A stretch of DNA of 60,694 bases, taken from NCBI GenBank assembly GCA_021372775.1, contig JAJFTU010000402.1, forward strand, positions 1 to 60,694, given 5' to 3'. Shown here one piece after another: positions 33,901 through 42,900 of the stretch. The stretch is from a bacterium (GTDB lineage: Bacteria > Acidobacteriota > Polarisedimenticolia > J045). The position numbers and the translations under genes are program-made. The notes beneath the pieces were generated by a model. That model was not told where the DNA came from, searched no databases, and saw nothing but the letters and a program-made list of their open reading frames with translations. Numbering within the stretch: position 1 is the stretch's first letter; each line of letters begins with the position of its first letter.

Positions 33901-36900
33901 GGATCGTCGCGACGTGGTGCCCGAGCTCGTGGCCGATGACCTCGAGGTCGTTCGCCAGCTTCGTCCGCACCACCCGCGCCTTGTGCTTGTAGACCCCGAG
34001 GGCACGCTGGCTGAAATGTCCGGTCTTGATGGGGAGGCCGCCGAACGCCTCCGACAACCGGGCGACGATCTGATGTGGCGACAGGGGCTCCGTCGACGTC
34101 GGTGCCCCGGCGGCCGGCGCCGGGCGCTGGCGCATCGTGGAGACGTCATCGTCAGCCTCAACGTCTTCGCCCTGAGCCTTCGCCTTCCGCCGTTCCTCGG
34201 CGGCCCTGGTGCGCTCCAGCCGCTTGGATTCGGCCGCCTTGTCCTTTTCTTTCCCCTCCTCGCGGAGCTCGGCCTCGAGCTCGGCGATCCGGGCTTCTGC
34301 GGCCTTGGCGCGGCCCACCGTTTCAGGCGGCGAGGCGAGCACCTTGTCTGCCCGCTCGACCTTCCGCTGGACCTCCTGCCGGTCACGCTTGGCGTCCTCG
34401 AGCAGGGCCGGCAGCCCTTCGTAGGCGTCTACGAGTGAGGCGACGAGGTTCCGGCCGGCGCCGAACTCCTTACGGTCCTCGGCGCCGGCGAACACCTCGG
34501 CGACCTTGCGCCACTGGTCCTCGATCGGCGACTTCATGAACAGGACGACGTTGTCTTCCCGATACCCGCGGACGTGGCTCGCGCTCAGCTCCAGGCCGCG
34601 GACGTTGCCGATCGTCGTGTAGGTGACGTGGCGGCCGGCGTAGCCGACGTCCGTCTTGGTCACGGGCCACAAGGCATCGAAGATGGCGGCGTTGGCGTCT
34701 TTGCGGTCGGTGTAGGTCTTCCCGCCGACCGTCACCTCGAACGCCTCGCCGCGCAGCGACCGGAACTGTCCGGTCACCCACTCCCGGAGGCGCCCGATCT
34801 CGTCCTCGAGTGCCGCGTCTTCCCTCTGCCCGCTCGCCTTGTCGGCCTTCGCCCTGGCGATGGCGCGCTCGGCGGCCTGCGCCTGCGCCGAGAGCCGGGC
34901 GAACTTCGACCGCAGGTCGATCAACTCGATGGTGCGCGGGTCGTTCGTGGCGAGGGCCTGCGCTTCCTCGATCGAGAGCGTGGCTGGATCGTCGTCGCGG
35001 AACACCGTGGCGTCACCGCGCATGAAGTCGGTGATGTTCTTCTGTTTCCGGCCGAGCAGCCCATACAGCCACTCGTCGGTGGTGCCGTTGGTGACGTATC
35101 GGATGATTTCGACTTCCTTGTAGACGCCGTTCCCCTGCCGGATGATGCGGCCGTGCCGCTGCCGGATGTCACCCGGGCGCATCGCCCGTGGGGCGTCGAA
35201 TTCCACCTCGAGGCCGAGTCGGGCCTGGATGTTCATGCCCGTGCCGCCCTTGTCCGTCGAGGCCATCAGCACGCGCACGTCGCCACGCCGGGCCGCCTCG
35301 AAGAGCGCCAGGCGCTCGGCCGCGTTGCGGGCCTGGTGGATGAATGCGATCTCGCGGGCCGGAACGCCCTTCTTCACGAGGGCTGCCTTGATAGCCTCGT
35401 AGAGGTTGAACGCGCCGGTCTCCTGAGTCGCCCACTCGTCTTCGTCGCCTTCGATGACTTCGTCCTCGACCCCGAGCGAATCCCCCTCGGTCGAATCCTC
35501 CGCCTTGACGTCCCGGAGGAAGTCGAGCGGGCCCGGGTCCTTCGGCGTGCCGACGTCGCAGAAGACGAGGGCGACGCCCTTGTTCTTCTTCTCCGCCCGC
35601 CAGAACTTCGCGATCCGGTCGGTGGCGTCCTGGAGCCGTGAGCCCTTGTAGTCGGTCGCACGGTTCCCGAGCACCAGGCGGGGGTCGACCGCCGCCAGGC
35701 GCGCGTCGTTCATGATGGTCAGGATGTTGTCGAGCTTCCCGGTCGGCTCGCCCGTGAGCGGGTCCGGCCGCGCCGGCGCGATGTACTCGCGCGTCTGCCG
35801 GTCGACGTGCGGAGGCATGGCCTTCACGTTGGCCAGGCGGTCGGAGAACCAGCGTTTCAACTGCGGGTAGAGTGGGTGCGCCGGCGTCTTGGCGACGTCG
35901 ATCTTCCCGCCCTTCATCGTCGGGAGCTGGAGGTACGGCATGTCCTCCCACCCGACGTAGTCCATGACCTGCGAGACCATCCGATAGAGCAGGTTCAGGT
36001 TCCGGTAGTCGCGGAGGCGGAGGACTTCCTGGTAGCTGCCGTCGGGCCGCTGCTCGGTCGTCGGCAGCGCCGAAGCGAACATGGTGTACCAGTTGTCGAA
36101 GTTCTCGACCCCGTAGTCCCTGAGCGCCTGCGGCTGGAGATACCGCTGCATCGTGAAGATTTCCGCGATGCTGTTCATGATTGGCGTCGCGGTCGCCAGC
36201 ACGAGGTTGCGGTGGCTCGACTGCTCGTTGATGTCCTGCACCTTCACGAAGAGGTCGAGCGCCCGGTCGGATTCGGATCGGCTGAGGCCCCGGATGTTGT
36301 CCATCTTCGAGAAGTAATAGAGGTTCTTGAAGGCGTGGGCCTCGTCGACGAACAGAGCATCGACGCCCAACTGTTCCCACGTCAGCGCGTCGTCCTTCTT
36401 CTTCTCGAGCGATCCCTTCTTCTTGGCGATCTTGTCTTTGATGCGGTCGACGGCCGCGGCGAGTTGCTTTGTGCTCACCGATTTGCCGTCCTCGGCCTTC
36501 GCCTTCAGGTAGGCATCGGTGAGCTCCCGCTCCCACTGCTCGAGCGTCTCGACCAGGCGGGCCGTCGACACCCGGAGCAAGCCGAACGACGAGTGCGGCA
36601 CGAGGACCATGTCCCAATCGCCGAACGCGATCCGGGCCATCGCCTCCTGGCGCTTGTCGGCGCCGAGGTCCTTCTCGTCGAACGCCAGCACCTTGGCCGC
36701 GGGGTAGGCCCGCATGATGTCTTCCCGCCACTGGCCGAGCAGGTGCGTGGGGACCGTGATGAGCGGCTTCCGGGCCCGCCCGGTGCGCCGCATCTCCATC
36801 GCCGTCGCGATCATCGCGAACGTCTTGCCGGCGCCGACCTCGTGCGCGAAGAGCGTGTTCCCCGTGGCGAGCGTGCGCCAGATCACCGCCCGCTGGTGCG

Positions 36901-39900
36901 GGTGCAGGGCGAACGGCAGCGCCAGGCCGGGCAGTGTCAGGTGTGACCCGTCGAAGATCCGGGCCACCGTGCGGTTGAAGCGGGTGTTGAACGTCGACAG
37001 GAGCCGTTGCTGGACGTCCTCGTGCTCCATCACCCACTGCATCCACTGGGATCGGATCTCGTCGAGGTTGCCGCGGGCCGCCAACGTCGCCTTCTCGTCG
37101 CGGACGTAGTGCCGGTTGTCCTTGTCGCCCTCCATCGTGCCGAGGTCCGGCGTCTTCAGGTTCAGCGCGTCGTTGAGCAGGTCGAGGAACCCGTAGGTCT
37201 TCTCCTTGGCCGGACCGTAGGTGACGGCGAGCGCGTGCTGAGTGGAGGCGCGCGTCGCGGTGTGGCTGTTGCCGGACCCGACGGTGACCGACCAGGTCAC
37301 GTAACTCTCGGCGCCCTGGAGCTTCGCGGTGACGGCGTCGTCGCCGAGGCCGAGGGCCTGCGCGACGAAGGCGGCCAGGTCATCCTCGGGCACCCAATGC
37401 GAGCCGAGGGTGATCGAGACGGCGCCGCCGTAAAGGTCGTCGGCGGTCTTGTCGGCCGGCTGCACCGCCCGGAGCGCGTCGACGTTCACCTGGAACTTGG
37501 GGTCGTCTTTGGCCGCGGCCTCGGCGTCGGCCAGCTTCGTCTTGACGTCCCCGCTCAGGTACTCGTCGGCCAGGACGGTGGACCCGTCGGGCTGCTCGAA
37601 GATCCGGCCGAGGTGGGCGAGCTCCGCTTTCAGGGTGTCGATCGGCTGGCCAGAGATCCGCGCCATGTAGGGCCAGTCGATCCGCGTCTTCGTGCCGACC
37701 GAAGCCATCAGGGCGTCCACCGCGGAGTCGGCGTGGTCAATCTCGCGCTCAGCCCGGATGGTTCGCTTCGTGAAGATGTCGTGCTTGGCGACGAACTCGT
37801 GCGTCACGCGCAGCCGTTGCTCGCCGTTCTTCAGCGTCACGACCGCGGCCGTCGGCTTCAGGATCTCGAGCCCGCGGAGGTTGTGAGACTCGGGATCGAT
37901 GTCGAACAGGCGCCGGTTGATCTTGTCGTTCAGTCGCCCGTGGGCCTTGACGAAGCCGTCGTAGGCTTTGCCGAGGGCCCGCTGTGCCTTCGCGATCTCG
38001 GCGTCGGTCGACTCCGTGTTCTCCATCGCGGCCACGGTCGCGCGCAGCGCGTCGCGGACCCCGATCATGCCGGCCACGCGCTTGACCGCGGCCGAGTCGA
38101 CGACCTCCGACTTCGTCTTCTGGTTCTTCCGGGTCGGGGTGTGGTCGACGATCTGGCCGTCGCTCGTGACACGGTCGATGCGGCCCTTGGCCGGGCTTAC
38201 GCGCAGCTCGTTGACCTTGTAGCTGTCCTTGTCGGCCATGCGCGGCGCCGGCGCCGGTGCCGTGGCGCTCGTCGTCGCGGGCACGTAGGACCCGGGGGGC
38301 AGGAGTGTGGCGAGGGCCGTGCGCAAGTCTCCGGTGACGTCGTCGCTCTTGGCGGTGACGGTATATTCCCCGGACCCGTACATCGTGCCTTCGGTGCTCT
38401 CCTTCCCGAGGACCAGGTCGGGATGCGCCGTGTACCACGCGGAGCGGTAGACGTTGTTCTCGCGAGACTTCCGATTGCGGCCCCACCCGCTCGAGGATGT
38501 CGTCGAGAGGTCCTCGGCCTTCGGCGCCTCGATGAAGAGGTCCGCGTTGCGCGCGACCTTCTCATCCGGCATGAACCGCTGGAGCACAACCAGGTCGGTG
38601 ACGACCTCCGTCTTCGCGCTCTTGTCGAACGCGCTGTTCGGCAGGCGGACGGCGCCGACAAAGTGCGCCCGCTCCATCAGGTAGCGCCGGAAGCCCGTCG
38701 CCTCGGCTCCGTCCATGGTGTAGCGGGACGTCAGGAAGACGATGAGCCCGCCCGGGCGCACGTGCTGCATCGCCTTCGCGAAGAAGTAATTGTGCAGGGG
38801 CTTCGTGAGGAACTTCTGCGCGCCGGCAAACTCCGGGTCCTCGACGCCCGTGTCCGCGAAGGGCACGTTGGAGATGACGAGGTCCTGTGTGCCCCGTGCG
38901 ACTCGGGCGTCCTGGTAGCCGACCGCGTGCACGCGAGCCCTTGGGTAGAGCGCCTGTGCGATGGCGGCCGTCATCGGCTCGAGCTCGACGGCGGAGAGCG
39001 TGGAGGCGGCGCGCACATCGCCGGGCATGAGGCCGAAGGCGTGACCCGTGCCGACGGCCGGCTCGAGCACGCGCCCGCCCGTGAATCCGGCCGCCGCGAG
39101 CACGTCCCACACGGGCCGATATAGGTCGTAGGTGAAATGGGCGTTGCGCGTCGAGTGGAACGCGGAGTCGCGCTCGGCCTCCGACAGCAGCGACCGGAGG
39201 TCCTGCCACACGGCGGTCTGGTTCGCGCTCCAGCCGTAGTCGGGCGTGGTCGTCCGCGGGTCGACGTACTCGGCGAGGTCGGACGCGCCCCATCCGACGT
39301 AGCGGGCGAGCACGTCCTGCTCGTCGGGCGTCGCGTACCGCTTCTCGGTCTGGAGAGTCTTGACGAGGCGGATCGCCTCGACGTTGCCGCGCGCCCGCTC
39401 GAGTGGGCCGCGCTTGATGATGGCCTGAACGCGCTCAGGAGTGAGTTGGTAGTCGGGAGCCTTTACGCCTGGGTCGTGGGTGTCTCCGGCGGGGGATAGA
39501 GCCACTCGTTCCGGTAGCGCGTCCACGCTTCCGCGTCGGTCAGCTTCGGATCCCTCGCCTGCGCCAGCAGGCTGCTGTACTCCGTTCGGTGCCACGCGGC
39601 CCGAATCGCTCGGTCGAGTGCCAACGGCCCCTGGCTCTCCAGTTGCTTCGACAGGTTCGGCAGGAACCGCTGCCAATACGCCTTCGCGTCTAGCTCCCGC
39701 GGGCCGAGGGGTTCCGCCTCCACGCTCGGCGGGTTGTCCGGGTCGTACACGCCCACTATCTCTGACATTGGCGGCCTCCCCTTCTGAGGATACCGTAGGG
39801 CCACCTTCCGCCGGAGTCAAGGCCGGCGCGGCGGTCGCAAGAGAATTGCCCTCGAGGAGGTCGTTCGCCCAATCCATTTCGCCGAGGTACCACGGACTCC

Positions 39901-42900
39901 CCATCTCCGAACCGACCCTGTGTGAGTAGTCGATGACCGATGAGATGTAGGCCCGCAGGGTATCCTCGGTGATCGTCTTCGGACGAGCCGGCCGCACCAG
40001 CGCCGTTTTGCCCTCGAGGGCGTCGGCCGCCTTCGTGAGCGCGGCGGCGGCGTCTTTCAAGGCGGAGGCGGCCGGATGAGCAGCCGCCGGCGCCGTCGGC
40101 TCGCCGGCTCTCTCTTTTTCCCGGCGTTCCCGTTCCGAGGTGATGTCGGCCTGGATCGCCTCGATGCGGCTCTTCTCTTCCGCCGTGAGGGTCGGGTCCT
40201 CAAGACCGTCGGTGACGTTGCGCGCCAACGTGTCGAACGCTTTGTCGTCCAACTGGCCGAGGCCGTTCACGCCCCAATACGGGGCCTTGGTGCGATGCAC
40301 TCGGTCTGCGATGTTGATCGCGGTGTCGGCCGCTTCCCGCCGCTTGGCCTTTTCCTTGTCCGACAACTCGGGTGCGGGGGCCGGCTTGTCCTCCGCCGCG
40401 ATCTTGGCGGTCGCCATCTCCAGCCAACCCCGCCAGTTTTCGGCCTCGTGAGCGTTGAGCCTCGGGAGCGCCTCCGACAGGTCATCCCGAAATTGGCGCA
40501 GCTCCTTGCCCGACAAGTGCTCCACGCCGTTGCCGGCGTGCTCGTTGATGACGGCCTCCGCGCGTGCGCGGGCCGATAGTTCCGCGGTGCTCTGCGGTCC
40601 GGTCGCTTGCGAGTGGGGAACTTCACCGACCGGTCTCTTCTGTCCCCCACCGACATACTCGCCTTCGGGCGTCACCTGGTTGGTCGCGGCCGGCGCCTGC
40701 CAACCCTTCGCGGGTTCGGCCGGCTGCGCCCGCCGAGCCTCGATGCGCTTGACGGCCGCCAGCGTCTCGGTCTTGTCAGGCGCGGTCGAGTGGCTGCGCG
40801 GACGTGCGCCGGTAAGCGGGTTGCCTTCCTTGTCGCTCTCGACGACCTCGACGCTCCAGTCGTGGTCAGCGGTCGCGGGGTGGTAGGCGAGGACCTTGTC
40901 CCACTTGCCCCAATAGTCGCTGTAGACGACCGCCCCTGGCCGATACACCTCGGCGCGGAGATCAGCGGGCGTGACCTTCTTCGGCTTCTTCGGGGCCTTC
41001 ACAGTGGCTTTCAGGCTCGCCGCCACCGCGGGGGACTTCGCCGAGGCTTCTTCCTCGGCCTCGAGCTTCGCCAGGTGCTGCGGGTAGTCGTCGGCCAGCT
41101 TCGCCATCTTCTCCATGAAGGTGTGCGAGCCGACCTGGTCCGGCGTGTATTTCTTCGACTCGTTCCATGCCTGGCGGTACTGCCGGGAGAACTCGTCGTA
41201 AGTCAGCGTCGGTGCCGCTGGCGCGCCTGTGACTGCGAGCTCGGGCACGGCCTCTTTCGGCCGCGGTTTCGACACGCCGCGTTCCTTCTTCCGCTTTCCG
41301 GCCTCGGCGTCGGCCTCGGCCTCGGTCGCCCCGAATCCGACAGAGGCGCCAATCTCCCGGTCGCCGACCTGGCCGAGGCCGGCCGTCTTGAGTGCCGTGC
41401 TCACCGCGGCCTCGACCCGATCGCGCAGGCCCGTCAGGTCGCCACCGGTTCCCGGCTGCAGGGCGACGTTGAGCGCGAACTCATCGCCGCCGACGCGCGC
41501 GACGACGTCGCCAGGACGAAGGGTCTGCCGTAGCGCGTCAGCGACGACCTGCAGCGCCCGGTCGCCTTCGGAGTGGCCGAGGGTGTCGTTGACCGCCTTG
41601 AAGTTGTCGAGGTCGATGCGGGCCCACGCCCGGCCCGGTTCCTGTTTCTTCGCCCTGCGGTTGAGCCCGTTCATGTTGAACAGGTTGGTCAGCGGGTCAC
41701 GCTCGGCATCGTCGAAGAAGCCCTTGCCGACGTCGGCCTGTCCCTCGGCGACCGTGGCCTGCAGGCGCGCCAGAGCGTCGATCCCTCTCTGCACCCTGGC
41801 AGGGACCGGTGCGGTCTCCTGCGGCATCGTGACCGCGCCCGGAGCCGCAGCCGGCGCGGGTACCGGCGCGGCCGTCGCTTCAGCAGAAGCGGGTGTCGTC
41901 ACGGTCGGGGCCGGCGGCGCGGGCGCGACCTGTTGGGCCACCGCCGGCGCTGAGCCGACGACCGATACGCGCACATCGGGCGACGGCTGCGCGGGCCGCT
42001 TGACGCTGAACTGGTCGGTCGTCGGGTTGTACTCGACCGGCGACGGGCCTTCCGTTGGCAACTCGGGCGCGGGTGTCTTGACCGGCGCCGCCTGAATCTC
42101 GACCGCCCGGCGCTGCGCGGCCACCTTCGCGGTGATGTCGGCCTCGCTCAGCCCGCGGGCTTTCAACTCGCCGAGCGCAACTTGGGCCTCCGTCGACGTC
42201 GCCAGCTTCCTCGAGGGTGTGTTCGCGATCTCGCGTACGAGCATGTCGATCGTCGGCGGGGCTTGCGGGTTCCCGATGTCGAGCACGGCGCCAGGCGTCG
42301 AGGGCTTTGGCACCGGGGCCTGCCACTGAATCGTCTGAGGCGTGCGGGTGGTGTCCAACTCGCCGAACGGAATCGTCTTCGCGCCGGGAATCTCGCCGGG
42401 ACCGTAGAGCCGCGAGAGAATCGTGCCGACCTGAATCGCCTTCTTGGTTCCCGCCGCCACCTGAGCGACGCGCTTCGCGCCGCCGGCCGCGGCGATCGTG
42501 GCCGCGAGGTTGGAGACGAACCGTTGCTCCTCGGGCGACGCACCGGACAACTCGGCGGCCTTGCCCGCGCCCGCGCCCGCGAGATAACTCGTGCCGAGCG
42601 CCAGCAGGGTTTCCGGTAGGGCGAGCACGAGGCCCGCAGCCACGGCCGGAGTCGCAGCCTTGCCGGTGCCCTCCATCATGTCGGACCAGGCGTTGAGCGC
42701 CTTCTTGTCGACCTCGGGCCGACGGTCCTGGACGTACAACTGCCCCGTCCGGCTCCTGGCCATGACCGTTCCGGGCGTGCCCGGCGCCGGCGTGGGAGCC
42801 ATCGCGATTTCTCCCGACACCTTCGCGCCTTGCACGAACTGCTGCACGCCTCTCGCGGGGGTCGAAATAATGTCGTCGATGGTCTGAGAGGGCGGCCCCT

